A stretch of 64,000 nucleotides of DNA from Planctomycetota bacterium (lineage in GTDB: Bacteria > Planctomycetota > UBA8108 > SXIK01): NCBI GenBank assembly GCA_965223845.1, contig CBDCXR010000004.1:5760001-5824000 (forward strand), written 5' to 3'. A program made the position numbers and the translations under genes. Position 1 is the stretch's first letter. Each line of letters opens with the position of its first letter. Below are positions 39,398-48,858 of this stretch, piece after piece. The notes under the pieces were generated by a model. That model searched no databases, had not been told where the DNA came from, and saw nothing but the letters and a program-made list of their open reading frames with translations.

Positions 39398-41803
39398 GTG
39401 TTCTTCGCACTGGCCGTGCTCGCGCTCGTCGCGCCTGCGTCTGCCGGCGCGGAAGAGGCGCGTTCGTTCTTCGCTCGGGTCGCGCTTGTCGCCGGGGCGG
39501 CCGGCTCGCTCGCAGGTATCGTGCTCGTCGCGCGCCGCCGGCGGGCTTTCCTTCGCTTTTTGCTCGGCCGCCTCGCGTGGATGTCCGTGACTCTCCTCGG
39601 CATCACGCTCGTGACCTTCGTCATCCTCCGGCTCGCTCCGGGCGATCCCGTTCTCACGGCATCGGCGATTCGAGCGTCGTCCGCCGAAGGGATCGACACG
39701 ACGGGACTCTCCCAGCACGTCGGTCGCGCGCAGAAGGAGCTCCTCGGAATCCTCCGCCGGCACCAGTACGAGCTGATCGCCGAGGATCCCGATGGCGACC
39801 CCCTCGAACTCGAGATCGATTGGGCGGACGGCACGCCGCTCGAGAAGATCGGTCGCGGTGGAGCGTTCGCCTCGGGCGAGCGTGTTCTCGTCGAGCACGC
39901 GTGGTCGGCGCCGGGCGACTACGCGGTGCGAGCTCGCGCCATCGACTCTCGCGGCGCTGTTTCTGCGTGGTCGGAGCCGCTTTTCGTTCGCGCGCGCGAG
40001 CCGGGTTCGCCGCTTCCGCCGCCCGTTTCGCGGGTCGCGGCCCCGGGTGAGCTCGCCCCGGGCGTCGCGGCGGAGTTTCGCATCGACGTCGACGGCGGAG
40101 GCGACGAGCTCGCCGTTGCGGTCGATAAGGGCGACGGCCTCGGAGCTCTCGTCGTTCCGCGGTCGACCGCCGGAGGCTGGCGTCGCGACCTCGCGTGGCG
40201 CGCACCCGGAGTCTTCGATCTGCGCGCGCGGACGATCGCTGCGGACGGCGCGGCGTCGCCCTGGTCGCAACCGACGACGATCGTCGTTCTCGCACCGAAC
40301 GCGAGCATCACTCCGCCGGCGATCGAGCTGCCGCGATCGGGCACGGTGGGAGCTCCGCTCGTCGTTCGCGCCCGGAGTGCCGCGCGGCCCGCGCTCGACG
40401 AAGCGGGGCTCGAGCTCCGTCTTCGCATCACTCGGCCGTCCGGTGCGGTGGAAGAGACCCCGCTGCGCTCCGCGCGTTCGGGAGAATGGCTTTCGTTCGA
40501 GACGACGTTCGAGGAGGCCGGTTCGCACCGAGTCGCGGTGGTCGCGACCCATCGCGCGGTTCCCGGTGAGAGCGAAGTCTCACCCGAAGCTTCGATCGAC
40601 ATCGATTCGAAGAACCGCGTTCCGGTCACGCCCCTTCGGCCGGTCGGCGAGAGCGAGGCGCGCGTCGAGACGACCACTCTCGAGCAATACGCGACGTGGC
40701 TGGGCCGGATCGTGCGCCTCGATTTCGGCGAATCGCTCCGGTTTCAGCGCGACGTCTGGAGTGTGATCTGGGAGGAGCGACTGCCGAAAACGCTCTCGCT
40801 CGGTTTCTTTTCCCTCCTTCTCACGTACCTTCTCGCCGTCCCGATCGGCATCTACGCGGCGACGCGCGCGCGGAGCTTTACGCAGAAAGGGGTGAGCGCG
40901 CTTCTCTTCGTTCTCTACTCGCTCCCGTCGTTTTGGGTCGCGACGATGCTCATCGTTCTCGTCGTCGGAATCCCTCAGATCGCGGTCCACCATCTTCATT
41001 GTGACGACCCGAGCGTGCACGAGGTCGGACCCGGGTTCCTCGTTCCCGCGTTCGCGCTCGCGACGGCAATCGGTCTCGCCTCGGCCACGACGCGGCTGAT
41101 CGGCGCCCGCAGCCTAGGTCGCGGGGGCTCCTCGCTCGTCTTCGCCGTCGTGGTCGCGAGCCTCGCGGCCGCGCTGATCGCTTGGACACCTCGATCGGCT
41201 GCCTCGGCGTGGGCGCTCGCCATTGCCGGCACCGGTGCAGCCGGGCTCGCGGCCGCGCTCGGCGCACTCGGCGACTCGGGAGACGGCCGCTGGGGCGCCG
41301 CATTCGCGCGCCGTGCGGTTCTGCTTGCGGGGGTCTTCGCGTTCATCGCCTGGTCTGTCGAACGCGACTACTTTTGGCACGCCCTCCTGCCCGTGACGTG
41401 CCTCACGTACGGCAATCTCGCTGCGCTCTCGCGCTACGCGCGCTCGGGGATGCTCGAAGTTCTCTCGCAGGACTACGTGCGAACAGCGCGCGCGAAAGGG
41501 CTCTCCGAGCGGGCGGTCGTTTACAGCCACGCGCTGCGAAACGGAGTGCTGCCGCTCGTGACGATCTTTGCGAACGTCTTCCCCAGTCTCATCACGGGAT
41601 CGGTCATCGTCGAGACGATCTTCACGATCGATGGCACGGGACAGCTTCTCGTCGAGTCGATTCTCAACCGCGACTACAACGTCATCATGGCGATGACGAC
41701 GCTCACCGCTGTCCTGACGCTCGCCGGCTACCTCGTCTCGGACATCCTCTACGTCATCCTCGATCCCCGCGTCAGTTTCGACGGAGGCGCGCGCGTGCGA
41801 TGA
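39398..41803 (+). CDS. ABC permease DppB/OppB with large PKD/Ig-like insertion
   Basis: LLGITLVTFVILRLAPGDP; QYATWLGRIVRLDFGES; EAA loop DYVRTARAKGL; GSVIVETIF. May start at CTG 39359. Confidence 0.9.
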   Translation: MFFALAVLALVAPASAGAEEARSFFARVALVAGAAGSLAGIVLVARRRRAFLRFLLGRLAWMSVTLLGITLVTFVILRLAPGDPVLTASAIRASSAEGIDTTGLSQHVGRAQKELLGILRRHQYELIAEDPDGDPLELEIDWADGTPLEKIGRGGAFASGERVLVEHAWSAPGDYAVRARAIDSRGAVSAWSEPLFVRAREPGSPLPPPVSRVAAPGELAPGVAAEFRIDVDGGGDELAVAVDKGDGLGALVVPRSTAGGWRRDLAWRAPGVFDLRARTIAADGAASPWSQPTTIVVLAPNASITPPAIELPRSGTVGAPLVVRARSAARPALDEAGLELRLRITRPSGAVEETPLRSARSGEWLSFETTFEEAGSHRVAVVATHRAVPGESEVSPEASIDIDSKNRVPVTPLRPVGESEARVETTTLEQYATWLGRIVRLDFGESLRFQRDVWSVIWEERLPKTLSLGFFSLLLTYLLAVPIGIYAATRARSFTQKGVSALLFVLYSLPSFWVATMLIVLVVGIPQIAVHHLHCDDPSVHEVGPGFLVPAFALATAIGLASATTRLIGARSLGRGGSSLVFAVVVASLAAALIAWTPRSAASAWALAIAGTGAAGLAAALGALGDSGDGRWGAAFARRAVLLAGVFAFIAWSVERDYFWHALLPVTCLTYGNLAALSRYARSGMLEVLSQDYVRTARAKGLSERAVVYSHALRNGVLPLVTIFANVFPSLITGSVIVETIFTIDGTGQLLVESILNRDYNVIMAMTTLTAVLTLAGYLVSDILYVILDPRVSFDGGARVR

Positions 41804-43143
41804 ACGTGAAGACCGAGCGATCCGAGAATGAACGAGCCGCGAACGCGCCGGACGCTCTCCCCCAGGACTACTGGAGCGTCGTTCGCCGCCGCTTTCGCCG
41901 TCGGCGATTCGGGGTCGCCGGGCTCGCCGTTGTCGGAGCGCTCGCTGTCGTCGCGGTCCTCGCTCCGCTTGTCGCGAGCTCCGCTCCGCTCGCGATCCGC
42001 CTCTCGGCGCCCGTGCATGACCTCTTCGGTGAGCGGGTTCTCGTGCCGTCCGGCTGGAGCTTTCCTCTCTTCGCGAGCCTCACGCGCATCGATCTCGTGC
42101 TCCTCGCCGCGCTGGGCGCGGTCGCCATCGTGCTCTTGCCCCCGCTTTTCTCGCCCCGTCGCGCCCAGCGCGTCCGCCGCGTCGCTCGCCGACTCGCGTG
42201 CGGCGTGTTCGTCGCATCGCTCGTGTTGACCTTCGTCGTCTACGAATCGAAGCGGACCCTCCTCGCGCAGATCGACTTTCACGAAGTCGAGGCGTCCCTC
42301 AGCGACGGCGACTTCAGTTTTTGGCCACCCGTCCGCTTCGGACCGGAGTACCTCGATCGCCGCGTCGACAACTGGCAGCGACCGCTCTGGCTCGGGCTGA
42401 GCGAATTCGAAATCGGTCGGGCGGAGCGGATCGCGGGCGAGAATTGGCGCGATCGCTACGCGGCGCACGCGCTGGGGACGGATGACAGCTGCCGCGACAT
42501 CCTCTCTCTCCTCGTCCACGGGACTCGCGTGTCCCTTTCGGTCGGCCTCGTCGCCGTCGGCATCTACGTTCTCATCGGAACGATCCTCGGCGCACTCGCC
42601 GGGTATTTCGGCGGTTTCGTCGACGTCGTCGTCCTTCGCAGCATCGAGATCGTGAGCTGCTTTCCGAGTCTCGTGCTCGTTCTCGCCGTCGTTGCGGTTC
42701 TCCCGCCGAGTCTCTTCATCGTCATGGCGGTCATCGGGCTCGTCGGCTGGCCGACGGTGGCGCGGCTCGTCCGCGGGGAGTTTCTCCGGCTCCGCGAGCA
42801 GGACTTCGTCACGGCCGCCGCGGCGCTCGGTGTCCGGGAGACGCGCATCATCTTTCGCCACGTCCTACCGAACGCGATGGCGCCCGTCCTCGTCACCGCG
42901 ACGTTCGGCGTTGCGGGGGCGATCCTGCTCGAATCCGCGCTCTCGTTTCTTGGGATCGGCGTCCCGGTCGATCTCCCGACGTGGGGAAGCGTTCTCCGCG
43001 TGGGACGCGAGATGCCACAGACGGCTTGGTGGGTTTCACTCTTCCCCGGTCTCGCGATCCTCGTCACGATCCTCAGCTACAACCTCTTTGCCGAGGCGCT
43101 CCGCGACGCGCTCGATCCGCGCCTGAAGGGAGATGTGACGTGA
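41800..43143 (+). CDS. ABC permease DppC/OppC
   Basis: [54 protein letters not shown]; ATGA overlap with dppB. Confidence 0.92.
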   Translation: MNVKTERSENERAANAPDALPQDYWSVVRRRFRRRRFGVAGLAVVGALAVVAVLAPLVASSAPLAIRLSAPVHDLFGERVLVPSGWSFPLFASLTRIDLVLLAALGAVAIVLLPPLFSPRRAQRVRRVARRLACGVFVASLVLTFVVYESKRTLLAQIDFHEVEASLSDGDFSFWPPVRFGPEYLDRRVDNWQRPLWLGLSEFEIGRAERIAGENWRDRYAAHALGTDDSCRDILSLLVHGTRVSLSVGLVAVGIYVLIGTILGALAGYFGGFVDVVVLRSIEIVSCFPSLVLVLAVVAVLPPSLFIVMAVIGLVGWPTVARLVRGEFLRLREQDFVTAAAALGVRETRIIFRHVLPNAMAPVLVTATFGVAGAILLESALSFLGIGVPVDLPTWGSVLRVGREMPQTAWWVSLFPGLAILVTILSYNLFAEALRDALDPRLKGDVT

Positions 43144-44144
43144 CCGCGGCGCCGCCGGATCCCATCCTCGCGGTGCGAGATCTGCGAACACGCTTTCGAC
43201 TCGAGGGCGGCAGTCGGCGCGACCAGCGCTGGGCGAACGCGGTCGACGGGGTTTCGTTCTCCCTCGCGCCGGGACGCACGCTCGCCCTGGTCGGCGAAAG
43301 CGGCTGCGGTAAGTCCGTGACGGCGCTCTCGCTTCTCCGGCTCGTGGCTCCCCCGGGGGAGATCACCGGCGGTGAAGTTCGGTTCGCCGAACGAGACCTT
43401 CTCGCTCTCGACGAACGCGAGCTCCGGCGAGTGCGCGGGGGCGAGATCGCGATGGTATTCCAGGAGCCGATGACGTCGCTCAATCCAGTGCTGACGATCG
43501 GACGGCAGGTGGCCGAAGTCGTCGAGACTCACCGCGGCCGATCGGCGCGCGCGGCTCGGATCGAGGCGGCGGCGCTGCTCGCTCGCGTCGGGATTCCCGA
43601 TCCCGAGAGGCGTCTCGATGAATACCCTCATCGCCTGTCCGGCGGGATGCGCCAGCGCGTGATGATCGCGATGGCGCTCGCGGGAGAACCAAGGATCCTC
43701 ATCGCCGACGAGCCGACGACCGCGCTCGACGTCACGGTGCAGGCGCAGATCCTCGATCTCCTTCGCGCAGTCCAGCAGGAGACGGGGATGGCGATTCTCC
43801 TCATTACGCACGACCTCGGCGTCGTCGCGCAGATGGCCGACGATGTCGCGGTGATGTACGCGGCGCGGGTCGTCGAGGAAGCGAGCGCGCGCGATCTCTT
43901 CGCAAATCCGATGCACCCGTACACGCGCGGCCTCTTCGCGGCGCTTCCGCGTTTCGACTCCTCCGCTCTGCCGCGGCCGATTCCCGGATCGGTTCCCGAT
44001 CCCACCGCTCATCCGGCGGGCTGCGTGTTTCATCCGCGGTGCTCCGAGCGCGTCGACCGCTGCGCGCGCGTCGTTCCGGCGCTCGCCGCTTCGGGTCGCC
44101 ATCGCGTCGCATGCGACGTGGTTCGGGGAGAGACGGACTCGTGA
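43140..44144 (+). CDS. ABC ATP-binding protein DppD/OppD
   Basis: [30 protein letters not shown], Cys-rich tail; GTGA overlap. Confidence 0.94.
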   Translation: MTAAPPDPILAVRDLRTRFRLEGGSRRDQRWANAVDGVSFSLAPGRTLALVGESGCGKSVTALSLLRLVAPPGEITGGEVRFAERDLLALDERELRRVRGGEIAMVFQEPMTSLNPVLTIGRQVAEVVETHRGRSARAARIEAAALLARVGIPDPERRLDEYPHRLSGGMRQRVMIAMALAGEPRILIADEPTTALDVTVQAQILDLLRAVQQETGMAILLITHDLGVVAQMADDVAVMYAARVVEEASARDLFANPMHPYTRGLFAALPRFDSSALPRPIPGSVPDPTAHPAGCVFHPRCSERVDRCARVVPALAASGRHRVACDVVRGETDS

Positions 44145-45109
44145 GCGAGAACGGCGCACCGCTCGTCGAGCTGATCGACGTGGAGAAGGAGTTTCCGATC
44201 CGCCGCTCGGCGTTCGGTCGCGTCGAGTCGCGCCTACGCGCCGTCGACGGTGTTTCGCTCGCGATCGCGCCGGGAGAGACGCTCGGGCTCGTCGGCGAGA
44301 GCGGCTGCGGGAAGTCGACCCTCGGCCGACTCGCGCTCCGTCTTCTTCGCCCGACCCGCGGCCGCGTTCGCTTTGACGGTCGCGACCTCGACGCACTCGG
44401 TCGCGAGGAGCTCCGCCGACTCCGGAGCGAGATGCAGATCGTTTTTCAGGATCCGTACTCCTCGCTCAACCCTCGACTCAGCGTCGGGGCGAGCATCGAC
44501 GAAGGTCTCGCGGCACACGGATTCGAGGATCGACCGGCGCGCACCGCGCGGGCCCTCGAGGAAGTCGGCCTCGCCGCCGACGCCGCCCCACGGTTTCCGC
44601 ACGAGTTTTCGGGTGGTCAGCGCCAGCGGATCGGGATCGCGCGAGCGATCGCGCTCGAGCCGCGGTTCATCGTTTGCGACGAGCCGGTCTCCGCGCTCGA
44701 CGTGTCGATCCAGGCCCAGATCCTCGAACTCCTCGCTCGCCTGAAGTCGTCTCGCGGCATCGCGTACCTCTTCATCTCGCACGACCTTTCGGTCGTCCGC
44801 GCCATCAGCGATCGCGTTGCGGTGATGTACGCCGGACGCGTCGTCGAGCTCGCTCCTCGGGACGACCTCTACTCGAGCGCGCTTCACCCGTACACACGCG
44901 CGCTCCTCGCGGCGGTCCCGATTCCCGATCCCGCGGTCGAGCGGAAGCTCGAAGTCACCGGCGACGCGCCTTCGACGATCGAGCGGCCGGCAGGATGCGC
45001 GTTCCACCCGCGCTGTCCGATCGCGATCCCCGGGCGCTGCGACCGCGACGATCCTCCGCTCGTCGACAGCGGCGGGCGCTCCGTCGCCTGTCCGCCGGCG
45101 CTCGAGTAG
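44141..45109 (+). CDS. ABC ATP-binding protein DppF/OppF
   Basis: [38 protein letters not shown]; GTGA overlap. Confidence 0.94.
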   Translation: MSENGAPLVELIDVEKEFPIRRSAFGRVESRLRAVDGVSLAIAPGETLGLVGESGCGKSTLGRLALRLLRPTRGRVRFDGRDLDALGREELRRLRSEMQIVFQDPYSSLNPRLSVGASIDEGLAAHGFEDRPARTARALEEVGLAADAAPRFPHEFSGGQRQRIGIARAIALEPRFIVCDEPVSALDVSIQAQILELLARLKSSRGIAYLFISHDLSVVRAISDRVAVMYAGRVVELAPRDDLYSSALHPYTRALLAAVPIPDPAVERKLEVTGDAPSTIERPAGCAFHPRCPIAIPGRCDRDDPPLVDSGGRSVACPPALE

Positions 45110-45418
45110 GTCCCGTTCCCGTTCCCGACTGGGCGAATGGAAACGTCTCCGGGAGCTCGCCGGTCGGTTCTCTCCTCTCGCTCCCCGACGGAATCGGTGA
45201 CGCGGACTGCTTCTCCGGAACTTCGTTGGAAGTCCAAAGGATGGACACCCGGGCGAGCCGAAAAAGTGATCGGACCGACCGTCCGGTGCGACGGTCGGCG
45301 CGAAGGGCTCCGCCGGGGACCTTCGCACGGTCTGAACCTCTTCGTCGACTCTGCACACTCGTTTCCGCTGCGGACGCCCATCCTACGGACGGCCACAACG
45401 TCGATCTGGAGACTGCAC

Positions 45419-46723
45419 ATGCGCTCGCTCAACGTTCTCACCATGATCTTGGCCGGGGGAGTCGGCCAGAGGCTCTTCCCGCTCACGGCGAATCGCTGTA
45501 AGCCCGCGGTGCCGTTCGGAGGGAACTTTCGCATCGTCGACTTCACCCTGATGAACTGTGTGCTCTCCGGTTGCCGGCAGATCCACATCCTGACGCAGTA
45601 CCACGCTCAATCGCTCAATCGCCATCGCGTCGAGCGGTGGAACTGCCTCTCGAGCGAGCTCGGTGAGTACATCCACCTCGTCCCGCCGAAGCTGAACGGC
45701 GCCCACGGCGTCTACCGGAGTACGGCCGACGCCGTCTTTCGCAACCTAGACATTATCGAATCGTCGCGGCCGGACGTCGTCCTCATCCTTTCGGGCGATC
45801 ACGTCTACCGAGCCGACTACCGTAAGCTCATCGAAGCGCACCTCGACCGCGACGCTGACGTCACCGTCCTCACGGGCGAAGTCGACGTCAACGACGCGTC
45901 GGCGTTCGGCTGCGTGCAGCTCTCTCCCCAAGGCCGCATCACGAGCTTCGTCGAGAAGCCGAAGGATCCGAGTCCGTACGCGCTCGATGGAAAGTGCCTC
46001 ATCAACCTCGGCGTCTACTGTTTCCAAACCCGCTATCTCGCCAAGGCTCTCCGCGAAGACGCCCGCCTGCAGGATTCAACGCACGATTTCGGGAAGGACA
46101 TTCTTCCGCGTGCGCTCCGGCGCGGATTCGTGTCATCCTGCGGTCTCGAAGTCGTCACGCCGGACGGCAGCTCGTACTGGCGGGACGTCGGGAGCATCGA
46201 CAGTTACTTCCAGGCGAATATGGATCTCCTCGCGCGCACGCCGCTCTTCGATCTCCGCGACACGCGTTGGGCGTCGTGCTCGCGATTCCACGAATGGGTA
46301 CCGTCGCGCCACACGGTGACGGCGACGATCGGCGGCCGGAAGATGCAGGGATCCAATTTGATCGGAACCGGCGTTCACATCGACAACGCGCAGATCGTGA
46401 ACAGCGTGCTCTCCAATCGAGCGGAAGTCGGTACCGGATCCGAGCTCGAGCAGTGCATCCTCTTTCCCGGTGCGCGCGTCGGCCGCGGCGCCAAGCTGCG
46501 CCGAGTGATCGTCGAGCAAGGAGTCGAAATCCCGGACGAGACGGTCATCGGCTTCGACAAGACGGACATCGCGGGACACGTGATTTCGCCGAACGGCGTC
46601 GTCGTCGTCGCTCCGCCGGAGACGGTGGTGACCGAGAGCCCGATCGAAGCAAAGGCCGAGGATTTCGACGCGGTGGGAAACGGAGCCGAGCCGCGGCTGA
46701 ACGTCGCCGAGCTGACGAGCTGA
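45419..46723 (+). CDS. glgC: glucose-1-phosphate adenylyltransferase
   Basis: ILAGGVGQRLFPLT, KPAVPFGG, LSGDHVY, FVEKP, HDFGKDI, YWRDVG, beta-helix tail. Confidence 0.93.
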   Translation: MRSLNVLTMILAGGVGQRLFPLTANRCKPAVPFGGNFRIVDFTLMNCVLSGCRQIHILTQYHAQSLNRHRVERWNCLSSELGEYIHLVPPKLNGAHGVYRSTADAVFRNLDIIESSRPDVVLILSGDHVYRADYRKLIEAHLDRDADVTVLTGEVDVNDASAFGCVQLSPQGRITSFVEKPKDPSPYALDGKCLINLGVYCFQTRYLAKALREDARLQDSTHDFGKDILPRALRRGFVSSCGLEVVTPDGSSYWRDVGSIDSYFQANMDLLARTPLFDLRDTRWASCSRFHEWVPSRHTVTATIGGRKMQGSNLIGTGVHIDNAQIVNSVLSNRAEVGTGSELEQCILFPGARVGRGAKLRRVIVEQGVEIPDETVIGFDKTDIAGHVISPNGVVVVAPPETVVTESPIEAKAEDFDAVGNGAEPRLNVAELTS

Positions 46724-46846
46724 CCGCGGCGCGAGGAAGACCGAGAAACGGTCGACGAGTCAGACCCCGGAGTCTGTGCTCCTCGACCGTTTCTTCATTG
46801 CTCGAAACACGCCGCATCGCGCGGGCTTCCCGCGCGGAATCCGCGT

Positions 46847-48685
46847 CTATTTCTTCATGAGCCGCTCGACCGCGCGGCGAAGGATCATTCGATCCATGTC
46901 TCGCGGATCGGCGACGTAGAAGGCGATCGCCCCTTGCCGATCGAGCACGATGCACGAAGCGCTCGGCCCGATCGTCGCGTGCACCTCTTTGAAAAAGGAT
47001 TGGCGCTCGCGATCGGGATCGATTCCCGCTGGAAGCCCGATTCCCTGCGCCTTCGCTTCGTCGCGTAGGTTGCGAAGCTTCTCCGCGTCGCGCCCGGGAT
47101 TCGGTTTTCCGACGACGTACGTGACCAGCGCTCCGGCGACCTTGTCGGGGTTCTCCGCAGCGAGGCGCCCCGCTTCCTGAGCGAACGTGAGCGAGCGGAG
47201 ATCACCGGGCGTGCGAAACATAAGAATCACGACCTTGCCGCGCGAGTTCGCGAGGCTGAGCTTCTCTTCGGTCGCCCAGTAGGAGCCGAAGTCGAGGTCG
47301 AGCGTGGGCACCTTGCCGTGGTAGTCGTCGAGGTGGAGAAGGAGATCGCGCGTGCGATAGTCGAGCGTGATCGCGACGACTTGGTCGAGCTTCTTCCCTT
47401 CGGCGTCGAGCTTCGCCTTGAGGCTCTCGACCTGCGCGACGTGCGCTTCGAAGGACTCGCGCGCGCCGTCGATGTCCCCGCGAGCGAAGCGGCAGTACCC
47501 GATCCAGAAGTGCGCGACGTTGTACCACTGCGCGTACTGGACGCGGAGGTAGTTCCGCCGGACACTCTCGGCTCGGAGGGGATACTCGACGAGGATGCCT
47601 TCCATGAGCTCCTCGATCTCTTCGAGACGAGCCGTCCCGAGCATCCCCTGGTAGAGGACGATGTTGTAGATCGCGAGCTCATCGTCTGCGTCGCGCTCCT
47701 TCGTGACGCGCTTCGCGAAGTCGTACGCTTCCTGATAGCGACCCTGGCTGATGAAGGAGCGCCCGTGCGAATAGATCACGTCGCCGAGAAGATCGAACTT
47801 CGGAAACTCCTTCTCGAGCATGGCGGCGTACTTCCGAAGCGAATCGAAGTCGCGCTGCCGCTCGGTGATCTGGACGAGAAGACGGAGCGCCTCGGCGCGG
47901 ACCTCGCGCTTGTCGAGCTTCGTCGCTGAGCTCTCCTCGGCGAACTTCTTCGCGCTGTTGAGATACTCTTCGCTCCATGCAGCGAGTCTTTCGCGATCGT
48001 TTTCGAACTCGCGCCGCTTCGCATGCTGCACGCGCGCGAAGCGCCCGAGCACCATGCGGGAGAGGATGCCCTTGATCTCCGTGTCGAGTTCCCCGCCGCC
48101 GCAGTCTTTGAGAAAGCGCTCGCAAACGGCGATGCAATCGATCATGTCTCGATCGATCTCATCCGGTTTCCGTTGCATATCACGAAAGAACCGCGGCACT
48201 CCGGAGGAGAGCGATCGAGCTGTGATGAAGGCCTCCCGACACTCGGCTGAAAGTGCGAGAACGAGCTCGTTCGTCTTTGGGTACGGCACCGCGCTCTCCG
48301 CGTTCGGTGTCGTTTCGCCGCTCGTAGCGGCCGGCGAAACGACCACCGTGGTCGCGGAAGAGTCGTCGGCGCTCGTCCCGTCGGCTTGGGCGGCAGGCGT
48401 CGCTTCAGCCGGCTTCGCCGCCGGTGCCGCTGGATCGTTCACTGTGTCGCCGGACGTCGCGCTCTTCGCAGGCGCCGGATCCGTCGCCGGCGCGATCGGG
48501 CTCGGTTCTCCGCGCTTGCAAGCCCCGACGCCGAATCCAACCGCGACCGCGAGTGCGGCGCAGCCGATGATCCGCGTCGAAGCGCGGCGCTCGCGCTGGT
48601 GTTCCTTGCGCCCCGTCCGAACGCGCGTTTCGACGCCAGCGAGGCGGGTGAGGAAACAACCGCTACGAGCGGTGGACGAATTCAT
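46847..48685 (-). CDS. probable lipoprotein with TPR-like repeats and C-terminal thioredoxin-like fold
   Basis: Lipobox-like GFGVGA^C, Pro/Ala linker, helical repeats, LSLANSRGKVVILMF...IVLDRQGAI; start uncertain. Confidence 0.75.
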   Translation of the reverse strand: MNSSTARSGCFLTRLAGVETRVRTGRKEHQRERRASTRIIGCAALAVAVGFGVGACKRGEPSPIAPATDPAPAKSATSGDTVNDPAAPAAKPAEATPAAQADGTSADDSSATTVVVSPAATSGETTPNAESAVPYPKTNELVLALSAECREAFITARSLSSGVPRFFRDMQRKPDEIDRDMIDCIAVCERFLKDCGGGELDTEIKGILSRMVLGRFARVQHAKRREFENDRERLAAWSEEYLNSAKKFAEESSATKLDKREVRAEALRLLVQITERQRDFDSLRKYAAMLEKEFPKFDLLGDVIYSHGRSFISQGRYQEAYDFAKRVTKERDADDELAIYNIVLYQGMLGTARLEEIEELMEGILVEYPLRAESVRRNYLRVQYAQWYNVAHFWIGYCRFARGDIDGARESFEAHVAQVESLKAKLDAEGKKLDQVVAITLDYRTRDLLLHLDDYHGKVPTLDLDFGSYWATEEKLSLANSRGKVVILMFRTPGDLRSLTFAQEAGRLAAENPDKVAGALVTYVVGKPNPGRDAEKLRNLRDEAKAQGIGLPAGIDPDRERQSFFKEVHATIGPSASCIVLDRQGAIAFYVADPRDMDRMILRRAVERLMKK

Positions 48686-48858
48686 GGCCTTGGGCTCCTT
48701 TTGAGGCGGTGCGATCGGCCCGCGTCTCCGCGGGGAGAACCGATGGGAGAGGTACCGCGGGGCGGTCGATTCTCGGAGAAAAACGCTCGATGATAGGAGT
48801 TTTGCTGTCGCCGGCAAGAGCGAGAGTCGGGGAGTGCTCCCGCCGGCAACGGGATCGA

